A stretch of 64,000 nt of DNA from a bacterium (GTDB lineage: Bacteria; Synergistota; GBS-1), in NCBI GenBank assembly GCA_030153785.1, contig JASKLF010000002.1, positions 38,565-102,564 on the forward strand, written 5' to 3'. Positions within the stretch are counted from its first letter, which is position 1, and the number at the start of each line of letters is the position of its first letter. Shown here in pieces: positions 54,275-64,000 of this stretch. Made by a program: the position numbers and the translations under genes. The notes beneath the pieces are model-generated. The model was not told the origin of the DNA. It did no database searches and saw only the letters and a program-made list of their open reading frames with translations.

Positions 54275-57200
54275 TCACTCCCCTTCAGCAAAAATTCCTT
54301 CTGCGGTCATTTCCTGAGCTCTCACAATCTCCTGTGGACCCTTGGGTTTTTCCTTCACCTTAACCTTCCTATATAGCTCTATCCCAGTTCCCGCAGGGAT
54401 TAAGTGACCTATTATAACGTTTTCCTTAAGACCAATTAATGGGTCATACGCCCCCTTAACAGCAGCTGATGTAAGAACTTGGGCTGTTTGCTGGAAGGAA
54501 GCAGCCGAAAGGAAACTTTCCGTTGTAAGAGCCGCTTTCGTAATGCCTTGGAGTAGTGGCCTTACTACAGGCTTCCTCTTTTGACGCCCCACATAGCTTA
54601 CCTTCTGCTCTAACTCATATGTTATACTTCCTGAAAGCAAGCTTCTAACCACAATTTCATCTACGTTTAAATGAGCAATTTCTTGAAGCACCTTCTGATT
54701 AATTTCTTGCCCCGCAGGGAAAATTTCCTCTCCCTCTGCATTAACCAGCGGCTGCGCAAGAATCTTTCCGTAAATTTCATCTGTTAGTATATTCATCTTC
54801 ATTTCCACAAGGTCTATCAACTTCCCATCAATCTCAATAGCTACAGGATTAGCATCTATTATAGAAACTAGCGCCTCAGGAGTATCTATCCTATAGCCCT
54901 TCTCAAATAATATATTTTCACCATCTATTACAGGAGACGTAAGCGTTCCTCCCAATGCATCCGTCAGGAGTCTCTCTCTGAGCCTTTCCTTCAATGATAC
55001 CCTTTCAACCCTTCTCCAAACCTTGATTTCTTTAATCCTTCTATTACGGATAAGCTCTATATGTTCATCAGTTATAAGCAAATTGGATGGCAATACTTCA
55101 ACTCCCGTGTCAGGGTCAACAACAGGCTCAGCAGTTATTTCGCCAAGTATTTCCTTAAATACACTCTCGTCCTTTATGGAAATCTGCCTGACGCCACTGT
55201 CTATTATCTTATTCAACAAACTGCGCGTCAAAACTTCTCCTTCATCTGCTAATAAGTTACCCTCAAGGTCAAAGACAGGCTCAGCAAGAGATTTATTCAG
55301 AACTTTTTGATAAAACTCTAACTCACCAAATATCATACGCACATGTGAACCATCTTCTTCTTCCACCACAACCTCCTTAATCGAGCAGTCTGAAGAGCTT
55401 AAGAAAGCTACAGTGTCTTCATCCAATACATCGCCTTTGTGAAGTGCAAATCCACCATCATCCTTTTCTCTAACTGTTTCTCCTACCCTTTTACCGACAA
55501 GCAATGCCATGTTATCTTCTAATATCTTTCTGTTTTCCACATCTATAAATTTCTCTATAGCCTCAAGGTCTTCGGTATAAATTATCTCCCCTGGCAGAAG
55601 ATGCGTATCTCCCTCGCTAACAACCCTAACCTTATTGGGAGGCACAATTTTCCTTATTATGGTTTCTATATGCTTATCATTTATGCTAACTCCCTGAGAT
55701 CTGTAAACCATTTGAATTTGATCAACCAGGTACCTTTGAACAGCATTTACCCCCTGAACGGAAAGGATCCCTTGAGGATCAAGATCCCCTTCGGTTAAAA
55801 GCTCTCCCTTTTTAACCTCATCCCCCTCATCAACGAGAAGAGGTAAAGTTGCTGGTATACTGTATATCTTTTTAGTTCCATCCTCTCCTTCTAAGGTAAG
55901 TTTGTATCTTCCATCTTGTTGCTTTATCTCAGTCACAACTCCATCAAACTCAGCTATAAAAGCAGCTTTCTTCGGCCTTCTTACTTCAAATAGCTGTTCT
56001 GCTCTTGGTAAACCTTGAGTAATATCTTCTGCAGTTCTTATACCCCCTGTATGGAACGTTCTCATCGTAAGCTGAGTCCCAGGTTCTCCTATAGATTGAG
56101 CAGCTACTACTCCAACAGCTTCACCTATATCAACTTTTTTCATCATAGCAAGGTTTCTACCATAACACTTGGCACATACTCCGTAACGAAGAGCACAGGT
56201 CAACGGAGACCTAACCTTAACTTTCTTTATACCCCTCTCCACAATGATACTAGCTTTATCTTCTGTTATTTCCTCATCCTTCTTAACTATAATTTCACCT
56301 GTGGTAGGATCAACAACATCTTCAGCAGCATACCTGCCTATAATTCTTTCTTCAAGGGGTATTATCACCTTTCCCCCTCTTACAAGAGCACTAACTTCTA
56401 TCCCACTATCTGTGCCACAATCCTCTGCATTAACTATTATGTCATGAGCTACATCTACTAACCTTCTTGTGAGATAACCGGATTTAGCTGTTCTTAACGC
56501 AGTATCCGCTAATCCCTTTCGTGCCCCATGGGTGGATATGAAATATTCCAAAACACTTAGCCCTTCCCTAAAGTTAGACCTTATCGGAAATTCTATAACT
56601 CTACCAGATGGGTCCATCATCAACCCTCTTATTCCAGCCATCTGCCCAAGCTGGGTACGGCTTCCCCTTGCTCCCGATGATACCATCATACCAAAAGGAT
56701 TCAGCGGGCCCATTTCTTCCAAAGCCATATCGGTCAATTCACTGACGACTTTACTCCAAATTCTTTCCTTTTCTTGTATTCTTTCTTCCTCAGTTATTAC
56801 CCCTTTCTTAAACCTCTCGTCCACTATCTCACTCTTTCTCTCTGCTTCTTCTATTATCTCTTTCTTTTTCGTTGGGATATGAACATCGACTATGGAAACA
56901 GAGAGCCCTATCCTGGTAGCCATATGAAAGCCTACCTCTTTTATCTTATCTAAGAGCTCCACAGTTACTCTTTGACCGCATTCCCTATAACAGAGATCAA
57001 CTATCGAGGCAAGCTTCTTTTTATCCACCAGCTCATTAACAAAACGTAATTCCCTCGGCAAAAGACTATTAAAGTATATTCTCCCCACGGTAGTCTTAAA
57101 CCATCCATCTTCAACAGGCTCAACCTTTACCTTTCCATCTTCAAAGATAACGTAACCATCCTTCGCTCTCAAATAGACAGGAGCATGAATATGAACAACC

Positions 57201-59305
57201 TTATGCTCATATGCCATAAGAGCCTCCTCAGCCGTCATAAACCTTCTTCCTTCGCCCTTAACACCGCTTCTTTCGATTGTCATGTAGTAACAACCTATAA
57301 CCATATCCTGTGTAGGAGTAACAATAGGTTTCCCACTGGCTGGTGAAAGAAGGTTATTAGCAGAAAGCATGATAATCCTACTTTCAGCCTGGGCTTCATA
57401 AGACAAGGGAACATGAACAGCCATCTGGTCCCCATCGAAATCAGCATTATAGGCGGTGCAAACAAGTGGATGTATTCTAATAGCCTTCCCATCCATAAGA
57501 ACAGGTTCAAACGCCTGAATACTCAATCTATGCAACGTAGGTGCCCTATTTAAAAGCACAGGGTGCTCTTTAACTACCTCTTCAAGAACATCCCAAGCTT
57601 CCGGCCTTCCACGCTCGATCATCTTTCGAGCGCTCTTTATATTAGGAGCTATTCCTTTCTCAACAAGTCTTCTTTTAACAAATGGTTTGAAAAGCTCCAT
57701 AGCCATCTGCCGTGGCAGGCCACACTGATAAAGCTTAAGCTCAGGACCTATAACGATAACAGACCTACCAGAATAATCAACACGCTTGCCAAGAAGGTTT
57801 TGACGAAATCTACCCTTTTTGCCTCGCAACATATCAGTTAAAGACTTAAGAGGTCTGTTACCAGGACCCACCACAGGCCTTGCTCTCCTACCATTATCAA
57901 GAAGAGCATCTACCGCCTCTTGAAGCATTCTCTTCTCATTTCTAACTATTATCTCAGGTGCCTTAAGAGCTAAGAGTTTTTTCAAACGATTGTTCCTATT
58001 TATAACCCTCCTGTAAAGGTCATTCAAATCGGATGTAGCAAATCTTCCCCCATCTAACTGAACCATGGGTCTGAGCTCTGGTGGAATCACCGGTAAAACA
58101 TCTAAAACCATCCACTCAGGCTTGTTCCCAGAGTATCTAAAAGCCTCCACAACTTCAAGCCTCTTTATAAGCTTGCTTCTCTTCTGACCAGTGGACTCTT
58201 TTATTTGAAGTCTTAGCTCTTCTGCCAAGTGATCTAAGTCAAGATTTTGAAGAAGCTTCTTTATCGCCTCAGCACCCACGCCAGCCTCAAAGGATGAATC
58301 GTACCGTTTGCAAAGTTCATACTCGCTCTCTATTATGATATCTCCCTGTTTGAACGGAGAACTCCCCGGATTAATAACTATGTAACAGCTTTCCTCTAAA
58401 TTAGCTGTTTCTAAACGAACCTTAAATTTCTCACCATATCTCTTTCTATAAAGCTCGTATTCAGAAGCTCCAAGAAAATCCCCTTTTCCAAAAGGCATTT
58501 TCAAAATTTTAGTTATAATATAAGTTTCCTCGCCCTTGATTAAAAAAGGTTCTGCCTTAATTTTTTCTGCCCCATATTCAGACCTAATGGCCTCAAGCTC
58601 GGATAGAGAAATAAGGTCCCCTGCCTTATAGGTAACCCCTGCGATGCTGGCATCTATATCTACTATCTCAAAACATGGTTCACCATCAACCATATCAGCA
58701 AATTCCGACTTAAGACGCTCAAGCTGTTTAGCAGTTATAACTTCACCCTTTTCTAAAGGAATCTCCGTCAAATCAACTACTCTATAAGCCTCTTCAGCTT
58801 TAAACTGCTTATCGAAATGAGAGTGTATCCTATATTGGGAAGCAGTTATAATATCTCCTCTTTTGCAAACGCCCCTGCTCTCATTCATAACCTTGTAGAG
58901 CTGTTCTCTTCTGCGCAAGGAAGCAAAATAGACTACCTTTTCTAAATCTTTGGAAGGAATTCCCAAAAGCAGGCTTAGTTTACTTGGAATACCTTTAAGA
59001 TACCATATATGAACAACGGGAACAGCTAATTCTATGTGCCCCATTCTTTCCCTTCTGACCCTTGATTCAGTTACCTCAACGCCACACCTTTCACATACCA
59101 TACCTTTATATTTAATATGCTTATATTTGCCACAGTAACACTCGTAATCACGCGTAGGACCAAAAATTCTTTCACAGAAAAGCCCGTCCCTCTCAGGTTT
59201 GAGTGTCCTATAATTTATGGTTTCGGGCTTTCTAACCTCTCCTCTCGACCACTTTCTTATCTGCTCTGGGGAAGCTAATCTTATCTTTATAGCCCTAATC
59301 TCCAT
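54275..59305 (-). CDS. rpoC: DNA-directed RNA polymerase subunit beta' (1676 aa, with two large lineage-specific insertions)
   Basis: Zn finger is CYCGKYK...CERCGVEV, catalytic motif [13 protein letters not shown], trigger-loop region TFHTGG...GLPR..QLFE, and C-terminal [21 protein letters not shown]. Confidence 0.95.
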   Translation of the reverse strand: MEIRAIKIRLASPEQIRKWSRGEVRKPETINYRTLKPERDGLFCERIFGPTRDYECYCGKYKHIKYKGMVCERCGVEVTESRVRRERMGHIELAVPVVHIWYLKGIPSKLSLLLGIPSKDLEKVVYFASLRRREQLYKVMNESRGVCKRGDIITASQYRIHSHFDKQFKAEEAYRVVDLTEIPLEKGEVITAKQLERLKSEFADMVDGEPCFEIVDIDASIAGVTYKAGDLISLSELEAIRSEYGAEKIKAEPFLIKGEETYIITKILKMPFGKGDFLGASEYELYRKRYGEKFKVRLETANLEESCYIVINPGSSPFKQGDIIIESEYELCKRYDSSFEAGVGAEAIKKLLQNLDLDHLAEELRLQIKESTGQKRSKLIKRLEVVEAFRYSGNKPEWMVLDVLPVIPPELRPMVQLDGGRFATSDLNDLYRRVINRNNRLKKLLALKAPEIIVRNEKRMLQEAVDALLDNGRRARPVVGPGNRPLKSLTDMLRGKKGRFRQNLLGKRVDYSGRSVIVIGPELKLYQCGLPRQMAMELFKPFVKRRLVEKGIAPNIKSARKMIERGRPEAWDVLEEVVKEHPVLLNRAPTLHRLSIQAFEPVLMDGKAIRIHPLVCTAYNADFDGDQMAVHVPLSYEAQAESRIIMLSANNLLSPASGKPIVTPTQDMVIGCYYMTIERSGVKGEGRRFMTAEEALMAYEHKVVHIHAPVYLRAKDGYVIFEDGKVKVEPVEDGWFKTTVGRIYFNSLLPRELRFVNELVDKKKLASIVDLCYRECGQRVTVELLDKIKEVGFHMATRIGLSVSIVDVHIPTKKKEIIEEAERKSEIVDERFKKGVITEEERIQEKERIWSKVVSELTDMALEEMGPLNPFGMMVSSGARGSRTQLGQMAGIRGLMMDPSGRVIEFPIRSNFREGLSVLEYFISTHGARKGLADTALRTAKSGYLTRRLVDVAHDIIVNAEDCGTDSGIEVSALVRGGKVIIPLEERIIGRYAAEDVVDPTTGEIIVKKDEEITEDKASIIVERGIKKVKVRSPLTCALRYGVCAKCYGRNLAMMKKVDIGEAVGVVAAQSIGEPGTQLTMRTFHTGGIRTAEDITQGLPRAEQLFEVRRPKKAAFIAEFDGVVTEIKQQDGRYKLTLEGEDGTKKIYSIPATLPLLVDEGDEVKKGELLTEGDLDPQGILSVQGVNAVQRYLVDQIQMVYRSQGVSINDKHIETIIRKIVPPNKVRVVSEGDTHLLPGEIIYTEDLEAIEKFIDVENRKILEDNMALLVGKRVGETVREKDDGGFALHKGDVLDEDTVAFLSSSDCSIKEVVVEEEDGSHVRMIFGELEFYQKVLNKSLAEPVFDLEGNLLADEGEVLTRSLLNKIIDSGVRQISIKDESVFKEILGEITAEPVVDPDTGVEVLPSNLLITDEHIELIRNRRIKEIKVWRRVERVSLKERLRERLLTDALGGTLTSPVIDGENILFEKGYRIDTPEALVSIIDANPVAIEIDGKLIDLVEMKMNILTDEIYGKILAQPLVNAEGEEIFPAGQEINQKVLQEIAHLNVDEIVVRSLLSGSITYELEQKVSYVGRQKRKPVVRPLLQGITKAALTTESFLSAASFQQTAQVLTSAAVKGAYDPLIGLKENVIIGHLIPAGTGIELYRKVKVKEKPKGPQEIVRAQEMTAEGIFAEGE

Positions 59306-62300
59306 CGTTGGTTACCCCTCCCTTTTCCTCCTCTTCTGCCTCCCCTTCCTCTCCTTCAAGCTCTACCTCTACATCTAAACACAATCCTTGTAGTTCCTTA
59401 ACCAGGACTTTAAAGGATTCAGGTAAGCCCGCTTCGGTTATGTCTTCCCCTTTTACAATAGCCTCGTAAGTTTTCATTCTCCCAGGGATATCATCAGACT
59501 TTATGGTTAACATTTCCTGAAGAGTATAAGCGGCGCCGTATCCCTCAAGAGCCCACACTTCCATTTCTCCAAATCTCTGTCCACCAAACTGAGCTTTTCC
59601 TCCAAGGGGCTGTTGGGTTATGAGAGAATAAGGACCTGTAGAACGAGCATGGATTTTGTCGTCTACCATATGAATTAACTTCATCATATACATGTATCCA
59701 ACCGTAACCTCTTGATCGAATGGTTCTCCAGTTCTTCCATCGTAAAGGATAGTTTTGCCCGTTGGCTTAAACCAGGGTTTAATCTCTGAGACCTTTTTAA
59801 GTCCCTCTAAGACATCTTCTTCCTTAGCACCTTCAAAAGCGGGAGTGGCTACTTTAAAACCAAACTCCTTAGCTACCAAGCCCAAGTGAGTCTCAAGGAC
59901 CTGCCCTAAATTCATTCTCGATGGAACTCCAAGAGGGTTAAGGACTATATCTACTGGCGTACCATCGGGTAGATAAGGCATATCTTCCACAGGCAAAATT
60001 ACGGAAATTACACCTTTATTTCCATGCCTACCCGCCATTTTATCCCCAACAGAAATCTTTCTTATCTGAGCAACATAAACACGCACAAGCTTATTTACAC
60101 CGGGAGGAAGTTCATCATTGTTTTCTCGAGAAAAGATCTTAACATCAACCACCTTACCGCCTTCGCCGTGTGGAACCCTTAAAGAAGTATCTCTTACTTC
60201 CCTTGCTTTTTCCCCGAAAATAGCTCTTAACAACCTCTCTTCCGGAGTTAAATCCGTTTCCCCTTTAGGCGTCACCTTCCCAACAAGTATATCGCCCGCC
60301 TTAACTTCAGCTCCTACCCTGACTATACCGTTCTCGTCAAGGTTTTTCAGCTGGTCTTCTCCTACATTTGGAATGTCCCGGGTTATCTCTTCGGGACCGA
60401 GCTTTGTCTCTCTGGCCTCTATCTCATACTCCTCAATATGTATGGAGGTATAAACATCTTCCTTAACTAATCGTTCACTTATTACAATAGCATCTTCAAA
60501 GTTATAGCCCTCCCACGGCATAAAAGCAACTAAAACATTATTACCAAGAGCAAGTTCTCCATTATCGGTAGACATCCCATCAGCTATGACATCGCCGGCC
60601 TCGACTTTATCTCCCTTTCTTACTATGGGTCTTTGATTTATACAAGTTCCTTGATTGGATCTCTTAAACTTAAGTAGCTTATAAACATCTCTTTCACCGG
60701 ATGGAGTTCTTATCACTATCTCATCTGCCCATACCTTCTCAACGATACCCCCCCTTTTCGCAACAACAACGGCATTAGAATCCAAAGCAACTTTTCTCTC
60801 TATCCCAGTTCCCACAAGTGGGGCCTCGGGTTTAACAAGAGGAACAGCCTGACGTTGCATGTTAGATCCCATGAGGGCTCTATTGGCATCATCATGTTCA
60901 AGGAAAGGAATTAAGGAAGTAGAAACACTAAAAACCTGCTTTGGGGATATATCCATAAAATTAACCATTTTAGGGTCAACCCACACTATGTCTCTACGAT
61001 GACGAGCTATCACCTTATCTCCGATTAAATTCCCATCCTCATCAACGGGGGTATTGGCCTGTGCTATATAGTATCTATCTTCTTCATCTGCCGTGAGATA
61101 CACAACCTCATTGGTTACTTTTCCATTAATGACTTTTCTGTAAGGCGTTTCTATAAATCCAAATTCATTTACCCGAGCATAAGTGCTCAAAGATGTAACG
61201 AGACCAATGTTTGGACCTTCTGGAGTCTCTATAGGACAAATCCTTCCGTAATGGGTGTAGTGAACATCTCTAACCTCAAATCCCGCTCTTTCCCTCGTTA
61301 AACCGCCAGGGCCTAACGCACTAAGCCTTCTCCTATGAGTTAACTCAGCTAGCGGGTTAGTCTGGTCCATAAATTGAGATAACTGGTTTGAGCCAAAAAA
61401 TTCTCTAACTATGGCCACGATTGGCCTCACATTCATCAAAACTTGAGGAGTTGCGTTAGGATAAAGTGTCATTCTATCCCTTACCATTCTCTCAACTCTC
61501 AAAAGCCCTATCCTGAACTGGTTCTGTAAAAGCCCTCCTACTCCTCTTACCCTTCTATTTCCAAGATGATCTATATCATCTATTTCTCCTTTACCATCTC
61601 TTAACTGTAAAAGATAATCAACAACACCACAGATATCCTCTTTTTGTAGAGTCACCACCTCGAGAGGAATTTCGAGCCCCAATTTTTTGTTAAGCTTAAA
61701 CCTTCCCACTCTTCCCAAATTGTACCTTCGAGGGTCTCCAAAGAGGGCATGAGCAAGCTCCTTTGCCCCTTCAAGCCTCGCAGGCTCGCTGGGCCTCAGC
61801 CTTCTAAAGAGGTCTATAAGAGCATCCTCCATTGTAAGGGTCGGGTCTCTCTCTAAGGTATTAGCTATAGCAGCGTCAACCTTATACAAAGTAACAGTAG
61901 AAATTCCCCGCTCTATCAGAAACTCTATATCCTCCTTCGTCAACCTATCTCCCTTTCTCATTAAAACCTCGCCAGTTTCCGGGTCCAAAACAGGCTCAGC
62001 GAGTATCTTACCTTTAACGAGTTCCTCTATGATTTCTGCATCATAAACCCCTTCCGAAAAGTACTCAAGTATCTCTTGGTTGTCTTTAAAGCCAAGGACT
62101 TTCAAAAGCAAGGTAACGGGAACCTTCTTTCTACGGTCAACCTTCACAGATATTACTTCTCCTGGAGTAAGCTCAAATTCCAACCAGGCCCCTCTATCGG
62201 GTATAAGACGTGCCGTAAAAATTTCTCTTCCCTGGGTTCCAATTTCCTTGTCAAAGTAAACACCTGGCGATCTTATAAGCTGGTTAACAATTACTCGTTC

Positions 62301-62681
62301 GGTGCCGTTAACGATAAATGTTCCTCGCTCCGTCATAAGAGGAAGGTCTCCCATATACACATCTTCCTCTTTAACTTCACCGGACAAGCGATTTATCAAT
62401 CTTAGCTTTGCAAAGAGTGGAGCCTGATAAGACAAATCCTTCTCTTTGGCCTCATACTCGCTGCACTTAACTTCTCCCAAGTAATAATCAACAAACTCTA
62501 AAACCATATCACCTTTATAGCTTTCGATAGGGAAAATCTCATTAAAAACTTCACGAAGTCCACTCTCTAAGAACCACCTAAAGGAATTCTTCTGAACCTC
62601 AATGAGGTCTGGCAGAGGAAGAAATTCCGTGGAATTACCATAAAAAACCCTTTCCCTTCCCACCTTATTAAAATTTTCCAT
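59295..62681 (-). CDS. rpoB: DNA-directed RNA polymerase subunit beta
   Basis: Conserved beta regions are present (e.g. [21 protein letters not shown]). I prefer ATG 62681 (GAGGTGA 8 nt upstream, N-terminus [11 protein letters not shown]) over the track start at 62723. Overlaps the rpoC start by 11 nt. Confidence 0.95.
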   Translation of the reverse strand: MENFNKVGRERVFYGNSTEFLPLPDLIEVQKNSFRWFLESGLREVFNEIFPIESYKGDMVLEFVDYYLGEVKCSEYEAKEKDLSYQAPLFAKLRLINRLSGEVKEEDVYMGDLPLMTERGTFIVNGTERVIVNQLIRSPGVYFDKEIGTQGREIFTARLIPDRGAWLEFELTPGEVISVKVDRRKKVPVTLLLKVLGFKDNQEILEYFSEGVYDAEIIEELVKGKILAEPVLDPETGEVLMRKGDRLTKEDIEFLIERGISTVTLYKVDAAIANTLERDPTLTMEDALIDLFRRLRPSEPARLEGAKELAHALFGDPRRYNLGRVGRFKLNKKLGLEIPLEVVTLQKEDICGVVDYLLQLRDGKGEIDDIDHLGNRRVRGVGGLLQNQFRIGLLRVERMVRDRMTLYPNATPQVLMNVRPIVAIVREFFGSNQLSQFMDQTNPLAELTHRRRLSALGPGGLTRERAGFEVRDVHYTHYGRICPIETPEGPNIGLVTSLSTYARVNEFGFIETPYRKVINGKVTNEVVYLTADEEDRYYIAQANTPVDEDGNLIGDKVIARHRRDIVWVDPKMVNFMDISPKQVFSVSTSLIPFLEHDDANRALMGSNMQRQAVPLVKPEAPLVGTGIERKVALDSNAVVVAKRGGIVEKVWADEIVIRTPSGERDVYKLLKFKRSNQGTCINQRPIVRKGDKVEAGDVIADGMSTDNGELALGNNVLVAFMPWEGYNFEDAIVISERLVKEDVYTSIHIEEYEIEARETKLGPEEITRDIPNVGEDQLKNLDENGIVRVGAEVKAGDILVGKVTPKGETDLTPEERLLRAIFGEKAREVRDTSLRVPHGEGGKVVDVKIFSRENNDELPPGVNKLVRVYVAQIRKISVGDKMAGRHGNKGVISVILPVEDMPYLPDGTPVDIVLNPLGVPSRMNLGQVLETHLGLVAKEFGFKVATPAFEGAKEEDVLEGLKKVSEIKPWFKPTGKTILYDGRTGEPFDQEVTVGYMYMMKLIHMVDDKIHARSTGPYSLITQQPLGGKAQFGGQRFGEMEVWALEGYGAAYTLQEMLTIKSDDIPGRMKTYEAIVKGEDITEAGLPESFKVLVKELQGLCLDVEVELEGEEGEAEEEEKGGVTNDGD

Positions 62682-62881
62682 GCAAAAAATCACCTCACAA
62701 GGTAACAGGCTTGGGAGGGGCAATCAGATGACAAGTTATGATGTTACCGGAGGAGAAAGCAAAAAAACAAACACCATCTTTCCCCTTTCTGAGGGTTTTA
62801 GCGGGGTTTAGGAAGGTTTTCATCCTCTTTTTCCTTAAATACTCACACTTTCTTTTAAAATCTTCCTCAATCTCCTTTCAC

Positions 62882-62957
62882 TGGCGTGCCTGGCGGGATT
62901 TGAACCCGCGACCTTTGGATCCGGAGTCCAACGCTCTATCCCCTGAGCTACAGGCAC
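62882..62957 (-). tRNA. tRNA-Arg (anticodon CCG), CCA encoded
   Basis: The reverse complement GTGCCTGTAGCTCAGGGGATAGAGCGTTGGACTCCGGATCCAAAGGTCGCGGGTTCAAATCCCGCCAGGCACGCCA is a 76-nt cloverleaf with anticodon loop CTCCGGA. Confidence 0.9.
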
Positions 62958-62971
62958 GCCTCCCAAGATAA

Positions 62972-62999
62972 AGGATACTCTAAAAATATCAATATGTCA
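62972..62999 (-). promoter_or_regulatory. Candidate promoter for tRNA-Arg (and possibly rpoBC)
   Basis: On the minus strand: TTGACA (62999-62994), 16 nt spacer, TATCCT (62977-62972). It lies 14 nt upstream of the mature tRNA 5' end. Confidence 0.4.
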
Positions 63000-63007
63000 A
63001 GTCAGGG

Positions 63008-63037
63008 TTGACAACATGCCGTTGGATGTGGTATAAG
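63008..63037 (+). promoter_or_regulatory. Promoter of the Tyr-rich leader / transporter receptor transcription unit
   Basis: TTGACA (63008-63013), 18 nt spacer, TATAAG (63032-63037) with an upstream TG (TGgTATAAG, extended -10). Confidence 0.55.
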
Positions 63038-63058
63038 TTTTAAAGAGGAGTGATAGCG

Positions 63059-63169
63059 ATGCTGATGGTAACGAGCGCAGCCAGTGAGAAAGTTTATTAT
63101 TACGCTTATTATTATTTCTACTATTACAGCCCACCAGAAGGTGGGAAAGGCTGGCTGCGCAAAGGCTGA
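63059..63169 (+). CDS. Leader peptide ORF (36 codons) with nine Tyr and one Phe in eleven consecutive codons
   Basis: GAGGAG lies 8 nt upstream of ATG 63059. The translation is MLMVTSAASEKVYYYAYYYFYYYSPPEGGKGWLRKG*. Tyr/Phe codons occupy 63095-63127. The ORF is embedded in alternative terminator/antiterminator pairings. It is below the ORF-track length cutoff. Confidence 0.65.
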   Translation: MLMVTSAASEKVYYYAYYYFYYYSPPEGGKGWLRKG

Positions 63170-63226
63170 GGTAAAGTCAACCTCGGCAAGCTTGGCAAAA
63201 AGCCGCCACCTTTCCCAGGTGGCGGC
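63130..63226 (+). promoter_or_regulatory. Attenuator RNA: mutually exclusive 1:2, 2:3 and 3:4 pairings
   Basis: Pairing 1:2 is CCCACC (63130-35) with GGTGGG (63140-45). Pairing 2:3 is TGGGAAAGG(c)TGGC (63142-55) with GCCACCTTTCCCA (63205-17), 13 bp with one bulge. Pairing 3:4 is GCCGCCACC (63202-10) with GGTGGCGGC (63218-26). Segment 1 starts 3 nt after the last Tyr codon. Confidence 0.6.
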
Positions 63227-63236
63227 TTTTTATTTT
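63197..63236 (+). terminator. Intrinsic terminator of the leader transcript
   Basis: AAAAAGCCGCCACC-TTTCCCA-GGTGGCGGCTTTTTATTTT. This is a 9-bp GC stem extendable by A-U pairs, with a 7-nt loop and a T run, and it lies 25 nt upstream of the receptor gene start. Confidence 0.8.
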
Positions 63237-63260
63237 AACCTTAAAAGGAGGTACCCAAAC

Positions 63261-64000
63261 ATGAAAAAGGTATCAGTAATAACCATTATCAGTGGCCTAA
63301 TATTAAGTATGGTAGGGTTTTCCTTTGCCTCAGAAAAAGTCATAAAACTGTCCTACGCAAACTTTTTCCCACCATCCCACATTCAGTCCATTTTAGCTGA
63401 AGAATGGATAAAGGAAATTCAGAAAAAAACAAATGGAAAGGTCGAAATCTCCTACTTCCCTGGAGGTTCTCTCCTGCAAGGGCCAAATGTTTTTGAAGGA
63501 GTAGTAAATGGGATAGCGGATATAGGAATGTCATGCTTTGCCTATACAAGTGGGAGATTTCCTATCATGGAGGCTATAGACCTCCCCTTAGGATATCCCG
63601 ATGGAATTACAGCAACAAGAGTAATAAACAAATACTTCAAGGCCATGAACCCCAAAGAATTATCGAATGTTAAAGTTTTATACTTACACGCCCATGGCCC
63701 TGGAATCCTTCACTCTAAAATAAAAATAGAGAAATTAGAAGATATAAAAGGTGTTAAGATAAGAACTACAGGCTTCAGTGCAAGAGTTGCAAAAGCACTG
63801 GGGGGCGTACCTGTGGCAATGAGTCAAGGAATGGCATACGAAGCATTACAAAAAGGAATAGTAGAAGCAACTTTTACCCCAATGGAAACCCTGAAAGGAT
63901 GGAAACAAGCAGAAGTAATAAAATACACTATAATGTGCACCAAAATAGGTTATACAACAGGAATGTACGTCATTATGAACAAAGCAAAATGGGAGAACTT
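63261..64000 (+). CDS. Tripartite ATP-independent periplasmic transporter solute receptor, DctP family (3' end runs off the window)
   Basis: AAGGAGGT SD and a signal peptide (MKKVSVITIISGLILSMVGFSFA). The mature part has the DctP-family pattern (KLSYAN..P..H......W...I...T.GKVEI..FPGG.L......FEGV..G.AD.G.....Y..GRFP......LP...........LEDIKG.KIR). Confidence 0.75.
   Translation, partial: MKKVSVITIISGLILSMVGFSFASEKVIKLSYANFFPPSHIQSILAEEWIKEIQKKTNGKVEISYFPGGSLLQGPNVFEGVVNGIADIGMSCFAYTSGRFPIMEAIDLPLGYPDGITATRVINKYFKAMNPKELSNVKVLYLHAHGPGILHSKIKIEKLEDIKGVKIRTTGFSARVAKALGGVPVAMSQGMAYEALQKGIVEATFTPMETLKGWKQAEVIKYTIMCTKIGYTTGMYVIMNKAKWEN

Noticed and set aside
62682-62881. Purine-rich rpoB leader with several GAG triplets, considered as a possible TRAP (MtrB) binding array. 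A CCCT/AGGG hairpin near a T7 run was considered as a terminator after tRNA-Arg.
   Set aside because: The GAG triplets are spaced irregularly (6, 24 and 17 nt), not at the 5-6 nt periodicity TRAP requires. The hairpin has only 4 bp and lies 14 nt from the T run, so it is not a convincing terminator.
62738-62971. 77-aa plus-strand ORF between rpoB and the leader region.
   Set aside because: It runs antisense across tRNA-Arg(CCG) and the rpoB leader. It has no SD and a low-complexity composition, so I consider it spurious.

Overview
This is a dense, almost gap-free chromosomal window, about 60 genes, moderately AT-rich by eye. It looks like a compact genome of a probably thermophilic, peptide- or amino-acid-fermenting anaerobe. 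I saw no mobile elements, integrases or CRISPR arrays. Contents, left to right:
- A long minus-strand peptide/amino-acid utilisation operon: YhdT-like protein, PanF-like symporter, M20 peptidase, class-III aminotransferase, OPT transporter, DmpA-type aminopeptidase, asparaginase.
- A Cache-PAS-GGDEF diguanylate cyclase fused head-to-tail to gcvT-gcvH-gcvPA-gcvPB.
- tgt, a half-butyrate-kinase ORF, ptb and buk.
- A DUF3311 plus sodium:solute symporter pair, glcD-like oxidase and mnmG.
- A TIGR01212 radical SAM gene and tRNA-Gly(CCC).
- A GntR regulator, an isocitrate-lyase-family lyase and a DUF77 protein.
- A QueG-like protein, a second PFK, metV and metF.
- Polyamine genes: pdaD, speB, speE, with speD at a separate locus.
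- A roughly 9.7 kb overlapping operon dnaX - capD-like - dnaE - mtrB - pfkA - pyk - mutM.
- lgt, uvrC, an IMPase-family gene and cysS.
- tRNA-Arg(CCG) - rpoB - rpoC (1676 aa) - FAH - YkgJ.
- A partial TRAP-type transporter receptor gene at the right edge.

Most interesting observations:
1. An unannotated 36-codon leader ORF whose codons 13-23 read YYYAYYYFYYY. It sits in a textbook terminator/antiterminator arrangement upstream of the transporter receptor, so it is a candidate tyrosine-sensing ribosome-mediated attenuator.
2. A very close homologue of the Bacillus trp RNA-binding attenuation protein MtrB, embedded between dnaE and pfkA.
3. An in-frame A AAA AAG slippery site at the tau/gamma boundary of dnaX.
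4. A stand-alone, degenerate C-terminal half of butyrate kinase in the ptb-buk operon.
5. A secreted protein built from six 36-residue repeats.
6. A probable AUU start for uvrC.
7. A terminator-containing leader in front of speD.

All calls rest on reading the translated ORFs, recalled family motifs and manual inspection of base pairing. No database search or folding computation was possible.
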